From Candidatus Parabacteroides intestinigallinarum (lineage in GTDB: Bacteria; Bacteroidota; Bacteroidia; Bacteroidales; Tannerellaceae), in assembly GCA_019114945.1 (NCBI GenBank), contig DXEN01000007.1:1386-65385 (forward strand): a stretch of 64,000 nt of DNA, read 5' to 3'. The notes under the pieces were generated by a model. It did not search any database and was not told where the DNA came from. It saw only the letters and a list, made by a program, of their open reading frames with translations. Every line of letters begins with the position of its first letter. Position 1 is the stretch's first letter. A program made the position numbers and the translations under genes. This document shows, piece by piece, positions 1 to 8,056 of the stretch.

Positions 1-2
1 TC

Positions 3-596
3 AAGGAGCGTGCTATCGATACCCGGACTCCGGATTACGCGTATTACGATTATGAGTATCGCACGCCGGATAAATGGATTTTCAGCGCCGCCGCGATCTT
101 GGGAACGACCGCTTTGATTAGTGTGGACTATGAGTTGACCAATTACCAGAAGATGCGGATGTACAATACGGATGGGAGCAGCAACGCGTTTACCAATCAG
201 GATATCACGAATAATTTCAAGATTGGTAATACCATCCGGGCCGGCGCGGAGGTGAAGGTTACCCCGCAATTCGCGGTGCGGGCCGGTGTGGCTTATAGCG
301 ATAGCCCGCTGAAAGACCCGTTGAAAGAGGGGTTGATTGATGTGGCTACGGTAGGGACGATTCCGCATTACACGATCGATAAAGGCGTAATGCATTATAC
401 GGTAGGTCTCGGTTATCGTTTTACGCCCAGTTTTTATATGGACCTGGCTTGTGTGTTCCGTTCGCAGAAGGAGGATGTCTATAACTTCTCCAATATGTAC
501 GCGGAGAACGATCCATTGCCCATCATCGAGGCGCAACCCGCTTCCTTGAAAACGAAAACGACGCGTGTCGCCCTAACGTTGGGGTACAAGTTTTAA
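3..596 (+). CDS. Outer-membrane beta-barrel protein, FadL/OmpP1-like (5' end outside the window)
   Basis: Frame is open from base 3. Alternating beta-strand pattern and C-terminal aromatic signature LTLGYKF. Confidence 0.65.
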   Translation, partial: KERAIDTRTPDYAYYDYEYRTPDKWIFSAAAILGTTALISVDYELTNYQKMRMYNTDGSSNAFTNQDITNNFKIGNTIRAGAEVKVTPQFAVRAGVAYSDSPLKDPLKEGLIDVATVGTIPHYTIDKGVMHYTVGLGYRFTPSFYMDLACVFRSQKEDVYNFSNMYAENDPLPIIEAQPASLKTKTTRVALTLGYKF

Positions 597-615
597 TAGA
601 TAAGAATGCCGGAGG

Positions 616-654
616 GAGGTGTGCCGAAAGCGGATTTGCGAGGAGGCACGCCTC
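616..654 (+). terminator. Hairpin of a recurrent GAGG.TGTGCC...GGCACA.CCTC family, followed by a T run
   Basis: gaggtgtgcc (616-625) pairs with ggcacgcctc (645-654), directly after the stop codon. Confidence 0.7.
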
Positions 655-690
655 TTTCTTTTTTTGATGCCAAGGCGGGAGTTGAAAGGA

Positions 691-822
691 ACATAGGTGC
701 GTTGACATTTTAACATACGTGCGTTGGCGAAGTCACGTATGTGCGTTGGCGATTTAACATACGTGCGTGGCGCGGAACACATAGGTTTGTGAGGCAAAAA
801 ACATAGTTTTGTGAGGAGAAAG
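691..822. repeat. Six degenerate 22-bp tandem units (acatacgtgcgttggc... family)
   Basis: Units start at 691, 713, 735, 757, 779 and 801. A near-identical array lies at 51000-51087. Confidence 0.85.
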
Positions 823-980
823 GCAGGGGGTTGCATATTTTTTTAGAATTTGAGCCGAAAAAACTTGTGCGTTTAAAATCTTTTTTGTTCTTTTGCTTCC
901 GTAAATAATCATTGTATAACATTTTAAACCGCATTGCCTATAGCATAAACATTACTCGATAATTAAAAATTGAGGAAGTA

Positions 981-1574
981 ATGAAGAATCTGAAAATGAT
1001 GACCGATGAAGAGTTGGTCGTCCTTTATGCAAAGGGTAACAATACCGCTTTCGATATGTTGCTGAGCCGGTACGAGAGCAGTATTTATTCTTACATTTAT
1101 TTCATCGTACGTAACAAGGAAGTGACGGAGGATATTTTCCAAGAGACTTTCGTGAAGGTGATCATGACCATAAAGCAAGGACGTTACACGGAGAACGGCA
1201 AGTTCAAGGCTTGGATCACACGGATCGCCCATAACTTGATTATCGATAATTTCCGGCAGGAGCGCAACGAGAATACGATCTCGAACGATGAGGCGGAGAT
1301 CGACTTGTTTAATAACATCAAGTTGTGCGATGGAACCATCGAGGATCATATCGTGCGACGCCAGATCCTATCGGATGTCAAGAAGCTGGTGAAGCATTTG
1401 CCGGACAATCAGCGCGAGGTGCTGGAGATGCGTTACTACCAGAATCTCAGCTTCAAGGAAATCGCCGATTTGACGGGTGTCAGTATCAATACCGCTTTGG
1501 GGCGTATGCGCTACGCGATATTGAACATGCGCCGTATGGCCGAGGAATATCGGATTGAGCTATCGATGGCGTAA
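981..1574 (+). CDS. RNA polymerase ECF-type sigma-70 factor
   Basis: Region 2 (EDIFQETFVKV...FKAWITRIAHN) and region 4 HTH (LPDNQREVLEMRYYQNLSFKEIA...SINT). Confidence 0.92.
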   Translation: MKNLKMMTDEELVVLYAKGNNTAFDMLLSRYESSIYSYIYFIVRNKEVTEDIFQETFVKVIMTIKQGRYTENGKFKAWITRIAHNLIIDNFRQERNENTISNDEAEIDLFNNIKLCDGTIEDHIVRRQILSDVKKLVKHLPDNQREVLEMRYYQNLSFKEIADLTGVSINTALGRMRYAILNMRRMAEEYRIELSMA

Positions 1575-1640
1575 AAAATAGTGTCGTCCATACAATAAGC
1601 CGTAGCCTGTCTCGTTTGTATAGACAAACGAATAAACGGA

Positions 1641-1820
1641 ATGCCTATGAGGAAACTTTCTACGCGATGTATGGATGAGTTAGAGAAAAAAAAGGAAGAA
1701 GCTCTGGAGGTGGTCCGATCGCCTCGGACGCAGACCTTGGATATATTGCGACAATTCGCCCGGGTCTATCATGCGGAGCCTGCCTTGCGCACTGAGTTGC
1801 GCGGGTATGTGTTGAATTAG
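1641..1820 (+). CDS. Small hypothetical protein, 59 aa (MPMRKLSTRCMDELEKKKEEALEVVRSPRTQTLDILRQFARVYHAEPALRTELRGYVLN)
   Basis: Translated by hand: ATG 1641 (or 1647) to TAG 1818-1820. It fills the sigma-rpe gap and is below the ORF-track cutoff. Confidence 0.6.
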   Translation: MPMRKLSTRCMDELEKKKEEALEVVRSPRTQTLDILRQFARVYHAEPALRTELRGYVLN

Positions 1821-1899
1821 GAATTGTGGAAAGAGAAGCTATATTATTAGGTTCTCTTTCTTTTTTTGCCTACTTTCGCGCAAACAAACAAACTGTATT

Positions 1900-2550
1900 A
1901 TGAAGCATTTGATCGCTCCTTCTTTACTTTCCGGTAATTTCCTCGATTTGCGTCGGGAGGTGGAAATGATAAATAATAGCGACGCCGATTGGCTGCATTT
2001 GGATATCATGGATGGCGTGTTCGTCCCGAACATCACGTTTGGTTTCCCGGTGCTGAATGCATTGAAGACGGTGTGCCGTAAGCCGATGGATGTCCATTTG
2101 ATGATCGTGGAGCCTCAGAAGTTCGTGCGCGAGTTGGCCGAGGCGGGAACGTATATGATGAACGTGCATTACGAGACGTGTGTCCATCTGCACCGCACCG
2201 TGAACGAGATCCGGAAAGCGGGTATGAAGGCGGGCGTGACGTTGAATCCGCATACGCCGGTTTGTTTGCTGGAGGATATCGTGCGCGACGTGGATATGGT
2301 ATTGCTGATGTCCGTGAATCCGGGCTTTAGCGGGCAATCGTTTATTGAGCATTCCGTAGAGAAGGTGGTTCGCTTGCGCGAGTTGATCGACCGGACCGGC
2401 TCGAAAGCGTTGATCGAGGTAGATGGAGGCGTGAACCTGCAGACCGGGAAGCGTTTGATAGAGGCGGGCGCCGATGTGCTGGTGGCGGGCAACTTCGTCT
2501 TTAAATCGCCCGACCCGAGGGCGACCATACAGGCGTTGAAGGCGCTTTGA
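1900..2550 (+). CDS. rpe: Ribulose-phosphate 3-epimerase
   Basis: IAPSLL, HLDIMDG.FVPN, DVHLM, MSVNPGF and EVDGGV motifs. Confidence 0.97.
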   Translation: MKHLIAPSLLSGNFLDLRREVEMINNSDADWLHLDIMDGVFVPNITFGFPVLNALKTVCRKPMDVHLMIVEPQKFVRELAEAGTYMMNVHYETCVHLHRTVNEIRKAGMKAGVTLNPHTPVCLLEDIVRDVDMVLLMSVNPGFSGQSFIEHSVEKVVRLRELIDRTGSKALIEVDGGVNLQTGKRLIEAGADVLVAGNFVFKSPDPRATIQALKAL

Positions 2551-3848
2551 CATCCGGAAAGACCTACCAAAACCAAGTGACTATGATCGAGGAAATCTGG
2601 AAACGGCCTTTCGCCCGTCCTTTAGGTGTATGGATCGCGGGCATTCTTCTCTATACGTGCGGCTGGGCGCGGGGCGTATGGATAGGGGCGCTTGCGCTTG
2701 TGCTCGTGCCGGTCTTATGCCTCGCGGGGGGCGAGGATGCCCGGAGAAGGCAATATCAGGATCGTTGGTTGTGGGGCGCGACCTTTGTCTTGCTGACGCT
2801 CTCTTTGTCGGTGGCGGTCGCTTATTATCGGGACATACGTTCGGAGAGGATACCGGAGCGGGCTTCTATCGTGCGACTGTACGCCCGCGAAGCCCAGCTT
2901 GCCTTGTTGGAGAAGGTCGAGCGGTTGCGCTTGTCCGATGAAGAGAAGGGAGTTGTGGCGGCCTTGACTTTGGGGTATACTCGTTGGATGGATTGGGAAA
3001 CGAGGCAACGTTTCTCGCTCACCGGGGTGGCTCATATCTTATCGGTAAGCGGGTTTCACGTAGCCGTGGTGTGTGGGTTCCTCTCGTTCCTTTGTGCGTT
3101 TTTCCCGAGAGGCAGGCTTTGGCAGGGAATCCGCTATCTTTTGTTAATGACGGGGCTATGGTTTTATGTCTTTATGACGGGCTTGGCGCCTCCTTCGATC
3201 CGTTCCGGGTTGATGCTCTCGTTTTATCTCACGGGGAAGTTGCTCCGGAGGACGACCGATGGTTATAATACGCTGGCCGCCGCCGCTTTTTGCATGTTGG
3301 TTTATGATCCCGCTTATTTATTCGACATCGGTTTCCAGTTGAGTTATTTAGCGGTCTACTTCATCTTGTTCCTGGCGCCCCGGCTGAATAGATTGATCGA
3401 GGTGCGTAACCCCCTGTTGGCTACGCCTTGGGGCTGGGTGACGGTCTCCATCGCCGCCCAAGCGGGCACAACTTTGCTGTGCTTCTACTATTTCAAGCAA
3501 TTTCCCTTGGTCTTCCTGCTGACAAACTTACCGGTATCCCTTTTCGCTACCGCTTTATTGCCCGTTTCCGTACTTTGGTTTTGCGTTCCGGAGACGTTGT
3601 GGGGGTACGAGGCATTGCGGGTTTCTATGGAAGGGCTCACCCGTGCCATGGTCTGGATCGTGGATGTGTTCAGCGAGTTCCCGTATGCCGCGTTCATAGG
3701 GGGCTTGGATGGCGTGGAGACGGTGATGGGTTATGTGGCGCTTGTGTGCGGTTTGTGTTATTTGAAGGGTAGGAATCCGAAGTCTCTTTTGGCCGCCTTG
3801 CTATTCCTGCTTATTCTCTCGTTAAAAATCCTTCTGCGGATTTTTTGA
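2547..3848 (+). CDS. ComEC/Rec2-family membrane protein (competence domain, short form)
   Basis: G.AHILSVSGFHV, PSIRS and FDIGFQLSYLAV motifs, with many TM helices. The start may be the ATG at 2583. Confidence 0.85.
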   Translation: MTSGKTYQNQVTMIEEIWKRPFARPLGVWIAGILLYTCGWARGVWIGALALVLVPVLCLAGGEDARRRQYQDRWLWGATFVLLTLSLSVAVAYYRDIRSERIPERASIVRLYAREAQLALLEKVERLRLSDEEKGVVAALTLGYTRWMDWETRQRFSLTGVAHILSVSGFHVAVVCGFLSFLCAFFPRGRLWQGIRYLLLMTGLWFYVFMTGLAPPSIRSGLMLSFYLTGKLLRRTTDGYNTLAAAAFCMLVYDPAYLFDIGFQLSYLAVYFILFLAPRLNRLIEVRNPLLATPWGWVTVSIAAQAGTTLLCFYYFKQFPLVFLLTNLPVSLFATALLPVSVLWFCVPETLWGYEALRVSMEGLTRAMVWIVDVFSEFPYAAFIGGLDGVETVMGYVALVCGLCYLKGRNPKSLLAALLFLLILSLKILLRIF

Positions 3849-3936
3849 TTAGGAAGACGTGAAAAAAATCGTACCTTCGCGGTCTTATGTGTAGTCAATT
3901 GTAATTGCGATACGCTATATCTATAATAACATAACT

Positions 3937-4974
3937 ATGATTACGAAAATTATCAAGGAAGAAGAGATTCAGAAAGCCAAGAAATATGTGGAGAAGGGCG
4001 AACGTTTCGTTATCGTGACGCATGTGTCGCCGGATGGAGATGCCTTGGGCTCGTCGTTGGCGTTGTATCATTTCCTGCTGGCTTATGGAAAAGATAACGT
4101 GGCGGTTGTCGTGCCGAACGATTTCCCGGCGTTCTTCAAATGGATGCCGGGCAACAAGGAGGTGATTATTTATGATAAGTATCCTGAGTTTGCCGAGAAA
4201 TTGCTGAATGAGGCGGATGTGATTTTCTGCCTCGATTTCAACGAGCCGAAGCGTGTCGATAAACTGGCGCCGGCGCTGATGGCGGCCGGGGGGCGGCGGG
4301 TGCTGATCGATCATCACTTGTTCCCCGCGGATTTTTGCCGGGTGACGATGTCGTATCCGCAAATGTCGTCGACCAGCGAGATGGTTTTCCGTTTCATTTG
4401 CCGGATGGGCTTGTTCGAGCTCTTGAATCGCGAGGCGGCCACTTGCATCTATACGGGTATGATGACGGATACGGGCGCGTTTACTTATAATTCCAACCAG
4501 CCGGAGATTTATACGATTATCGGCGAGCTGATCAAGAAGGGTATCGATAAGGACGAGATTTATCGCAACGTCAACCAAGTGTATTCCGAGGGACGTTTGC
4601 GGATGATGGGCTATGTGCTTTACTCGAAGTTGCGGACTTATTGCAACAAGAAGGTGGCCCTGATAACGTTGTCGCAAGAGGAGTTGAGGCGTTTCTATTA
4701 TCAGACGGGCGATACGGAGGGATTCGTTAATCTGCCGTTGAACATGGCGAAGACGCGCTTTTCCGCGTTCCTGCGCGAGGATCCCGATTTCATCAAGGTG
4801 TCGCTCCGTAGCGTGGGCAATTTCCCGTGCAACGAGTTCGCTTCCCGTTATTTCAACGGAGGTGGGCATAAGAACGCTTCCGGTGGCGAGTTCTACGGCA
4901 CGATGAAAGAGGCCATCGCTCATTTCGAGAAATCGTTGAAAGAGTTCCACGCCGAGCTGGGCAATATTCAGTGA
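3937..4974 (+). CDS. DHH/DHHA1 phosphoesterase (NrnA-like oligoribonuclease / pAp phosphatase)
   Basis: HVSPDGDA, DHH, TDTG and GGGH motifs. Confidence 0.9.
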   Translation: MITKIIKEEEIQKAKKYVEKGERFVIVTHVSPDGDALGSSLALYHFLLAYGKDNVAVVVPNDFPAFFKWMPGNKEVIIYDKYPEFAEKLLNEADVIFCLDFNEPKRVDKLAPALMAAGGRRVLIDHHLFPADFCRVTMSYPQMSSTSEMVFRFICRMGLFELLNREAATCIYTGMMTDTGAFTYNSNQPEIYTIIGELIKKGIDKDEIYRNVNQVYSEGRLRMMGYVLYSKLRTYCNKKVALITLSQEELRRFYYQTGDTEGFVNLPLNMAKTRFSAFLREDPDFIKVSLRSVGNFPCNEFASRYFNGGGHKNASGGEFYGTMKEAIAHFEKSLKEFHAELGNIQ

Positions 4975-5049
4975 TTATTTGAATGTTTTACGTTTCATTT
5001 TCTGGATAATTCGTTACATTCGCGATAGTTCAATCATAAAGAGAAATAG

Positions 5050-5697
5050 ATGAAGAAAGTATTTAGTATCGTGTGGATCGTGTGCGCCGCGTTGTTCGTC
5101 GCCTCGTGCGGGAAGACGAAGTCGTACACGGATATGCTGAAAGATGAGGAGAAGGCGATCGACCGCCTGATCGCTCAGGAGGGAATAGAGATATTGAATG
5201 ATTTCCCGGCGGACACCGTGTTCGAGGAGAACCAATTTGTCCGTTTGGACGACGATGTGTTGCTGAATATTATCGATAGAGGCTCGAGCGACCGGGCGGT
5301 GTTGTACGATACGAAGATATTGTATCGGTGTATCGTCAGTTATCCGATGGACACCACTTATATTTGGAATACAGGCTATTGCACATGGTCCGATCTTACG
5401 AATTGGGTGCTCAAGCATAATTATGGGCCGAATAGCAACGGGACGCTTCCTTATCCCGCGAGCAGCGTGGCGGGCATGAGCGTGCCTTTCACGTATGGCG
5501 ATTATTCGAGTAGCGTCAGTACGGAACTTTCGTATACGTATGTGAGCGAGGGATTGCAGATGCCGTTGCGTTATGTGGGCGACCGGGCGAGGGTGAAGCT
5601 GATAGTTCCTTTCCGGGTCGGTTCTTATATGGATCAATCCAATGGCCAGCCGGTTTATTATGAGGTTTTAGAATATATATTTGACGAGAATCTATGA
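5050..5697 (+). CDS. Lipoprotein, DUF4827-like
   Basis: Lipobox FVASC. SY.DMLK.E N-terminus and GL..PL.YVG...V.LIVP C-terminus. Lies between the DHH gene and glmM. Confidence 0.7.
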   Translation: MKKVFSIVWIVCAALFVASCGKTKSYTDMLKDEEKAIDRLIAQEGIEILNDFPADTVFEENQFVRLDDDVLLNIIDRGSSDRAVLYDTKILYRCIVSYPMDTTYIWNTGYCTWSDLTNWVLKHNYGPNSNGTLPYPASSVAGMSVPFTYGDYSSSVSTELSYTYVSEGLQMPLRYVGDRARVKLIVPFRVGSYMDQSNGQPVYYEVLEYIFDENL

Positions 5698-7085
5698 CAC
5701 TGATCAAATCTATTTCCGGCATTCGCGGTACGATAGGCGGCGATCCGGAGGACGGGTTGAACCCGTTAGCGATCGTGAAATTCGTGGCGGCCTACGCTAC
5801 CTTTATTCGTAAGCATACGAAAGTCGATTCCAACAAGATTGTCGTGGGGCGCGATGCCCGCGTCTCCGGGCCGATGGTGCGGCACGTCGTCGTGGGCTCC
5901 TTGATGGGGATGGGTTTTGATGTGGTGGACATCGGCCTTGCCACGACACCGACGACCGAGGTGGCCGTGACGATGGAGGGCGCTTGCGGTGGCATTATAC
6001 TGACCGCCAGCCATAATCCGAAGCAATGGAATGCCTTGAAGTTGCTGAACGAGCGGGGTGAGTTCCTCGATGCCGCTGAGGGAGCCGAGGTGTTGCGCAT
6101 CGCCGCTGCCGAGGATTTCTCGTTCGCCGATGTGGAGCATTTGGGCAAGGTTATCGAGGATACGAGTTATAAGCAAAAGCATATCCAGCGGGTGCTGGCG
6201 CTTCCGCTCGTGGATGTGGAGGCGATTCGTGCCGCTAATTTCCGTGTGGCGATCGATTGCGTGAACTCCGTGGGAGGTGTCGTGCTGCCGGATTTGCTGT
6301 ACGCCTTGGGCGTGAAGGAGATATTCAAGTTGCATTGCGCGCCGCATGGTAATTTCTCCCATAACCCCGAGCCGCTTCCCGAGAACCTGACGGAGATTTC
6401 CGCCTTGATGACGCAGGCGAAAGCGGATGTGGGCTTCGTGGTGGATCCGGATGTGGACCGCCTGGCTATTGTTTGCGAGAACGGGGAGATGTTCGGCGAG
6501 GAATATACGTTGGTGGCCGTGAGCGATTACGTGCTGAGTCATACGCCGGGCAATACGGTAAGCAACCTGAGCTCCAGCCGCGCCTTGCGCGATGTGACCC
6601 GTGCGCATGGATGCGAATACAACGCCGCTGCCGTGGGCGAGGTGAACGTGGTCGCCAAGATGAAGGAAACCGGTGCCGTGATTGGTGGCGAGGGCAATGG
6701 CGGCGTGATTTATCCCGCTTGCCATTATGGCCGCGACGCATTGGTGGGCATCGCCCTCTTCCTGACGCATTTGGCAAAGAAGAAGATGAAAACCTCCGAG
6801 TTGCGTGCCTCGTATCCTTCGTATTTCATCTCGAAGCAGAAGATACAGTTGACTCCGGAGATTGACGTGGACGCGATCTTGGCGAAAGTGAAGGAGCGTT
6901 TCGCCGCGTACGAGGTTACCGATATCGATGGCGTAAAGATCGATTTCCCGGATAAATGGGTGCATTTGCGGAAGAGCAACACCGAGCCGATAATCCGTAT
7001 TTATTCCGAGGCTCGTACGATGAAAGAGGCCGAGGAACTGGGCGGCGAGTTGATCCAGATTATCCGTGAGATAAGCGGGCGATAG
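5694..7085 (+). CDS. glmM: Phosphoglucosamine mutase / phosphohexomutase
   Basis: TASHNP, DPDVDR and GGEGNGG motifs. Confidence 0.85.
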   Translation: MTLIKSISGIRGTIGGDPEDGLNPLAIVKFVAAYATFIRKHTKVDSNKIVVGRDARVSGPMVRHVVVGSLMGMGFDVVDIGLATTPTTEVAVTMEGACGGIILTASHNPKQWNALKLLNERGEFLDAAEGAEVLRIAAAEDFSFADVEHLGKVIEDTSYKQKHIQRVLALPLVDVEAIRAANFRVAIDCVNSVGGVVLPDLLYALGVKEIFKLHCAPHGNFSHNPEPLPENLTEISALMTQAKADVGFVVDPDVDRLAIVCENGEMFGEEYTLVAVSDYVLSHTPGNTVSNLSSSRALRDVTRAHGCEYNAAAVGEVNVVAKMKETGAVIGGEGNGGVIYPACHYGRDALVGIALFLTHLAKKKMKTSELRASYPSYFISKQKIQLTPEIDVDAILAKVKERFAAYEVTDIDGVKIDFPDKWVHLRKSNTEPIIRIYSEARTMKEAEELGGELIQIIREISGR

Positions 7086-7104
7086 GATAGAATATAAAGA
7101 GGAG

Positions 7105-7144
7105 GAGGGTGCGACGGGTTACTTTCGATGGCCGGCGCACCCTC
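7105..7144 (+). terminator. Hairpin of the GAGG.TG..C family after glmM
   Basis: gagggtgcg (7105-7113) pairs with cgcaccctc (7136-7144). Confidence 0.6.
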
Positions 7145-7260
7145 TTACTTTGGTAGATCGGGCTGGTGCTCCACTATTCGGGGAGTTGAGGAATAAACGC
7201 CGGGTGTGTGGCCGTTCTTCCGGGGGAAAAGCGTACCTTTGCCCGAAAAAACGTTACGCT

Positions 7261-7551
7261 ATGGAATAATTTATGTTCGAGCTCACTCATGAGGAGCTTT
7301 CAAGATCACAAATTGTGACCTTGAAAAAAGGGCGGGGTAGTAATTTCAAATACCCCCCGTTCGCTTTTACCGAGCTGGGTGTAGCTATGCTTAGCAGCGT
7401 GCTCAATTCCGACACGGCGATAGAGATTAATCGTGGCATCATGCGCGCCTTCGTCGCCATCCGCCGGGTGGTGGCCACTCCGCCGTCGGACAAGCTCGCC
7501 GAGCTCCTTTATTCTGTGCTTTATCTTACTTTTCCCCTCCGAAAAGGTTGA
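7261..7551 (+). pseudogene. ORF6N-domain protein remnant
   Basis: Reads ATG GAA TAA, then resumes at FMFEL...RSQIVTL...FAFTELGVAMLSSVLNS..AI.IN..IMRAFV, typical of ORF6N. The N-terminus is missing and the 3' end runs into the convergent NUDIX gene. A TACCTTTG box remains upstream. Confidence 0.75.
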
Positions 7552-8032
7552 TGTATTCCTTCTCGAAGTTGGGCGTGAGGATGCCTTTCCCGAGGCTTGC
7601 CTTGATTTCCTCGATGGACCAAAAACGTCCCTCGTCCAATTCTTCCGGGTCGATCGTGAAAGGTCCTTCATAGACGGTACGGAAGGAGTGCACCAGTTCT
7701 TTCTCCACGTTGGATTCGAATACGTATCGCTTGATGAGCGAGGGAGTGAAATCCCGGATTCCCAATTCCTCCCGGGCTTCGCGGCGTAATGCCTCTTCCA
7801 CGCTCTCGCCGTAGTCGATATGTCCGCCGACGGCGGTGTCCCATTTACCCGGCTGTATGTCCTTACTCATGGAGCGTTTCTGCAGGAATAAATCTCCCGC
7901 CCGATTAAATATATGTAGGTGTACCACCGGATGCAGTGGTTTGCTTCCATTGTGGCATTCTTGGCGTGTCGCTTTCCCGATTGTCTCGCCCGCCTCGTTT
8001 ACCAGCGGGAACCATTCTGTTCGTGTTGCCAT
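7526..8032 (-). CDS. NUDIX hydrolase (IDI-like)
   Basis: Nudix box GGHIDYGESVEEALRREAREELG and LFLQKRS..KD..PG.WD. Confidence 0.9.
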   Translation of the reverse strand: MATRTEWFPLVNEAGETIGKATRQECHNGSKPLHPVVHLHIFNRAGDLFLQKRSMSKDIQPGKWDTAVGGHIDYGESVEEALRREAREELGIRDFTPSLIKRYVFESNVEKELVHSFRTVYEGPFTIDPEELDEGRFWSIEEIKASLGKGILTPNFEKEYINLFGGEK

Positions 8033-8056
8033 AATTGAAATTTTAAATTTTAAATC

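Noticed and set aside
691-822. CRISPR array, also considered for 21061-21262 and 51000-51087
   Set aside because: Units are contiguous with no unique spacers, the period is only 22-23 bp, and there are no cas genes.
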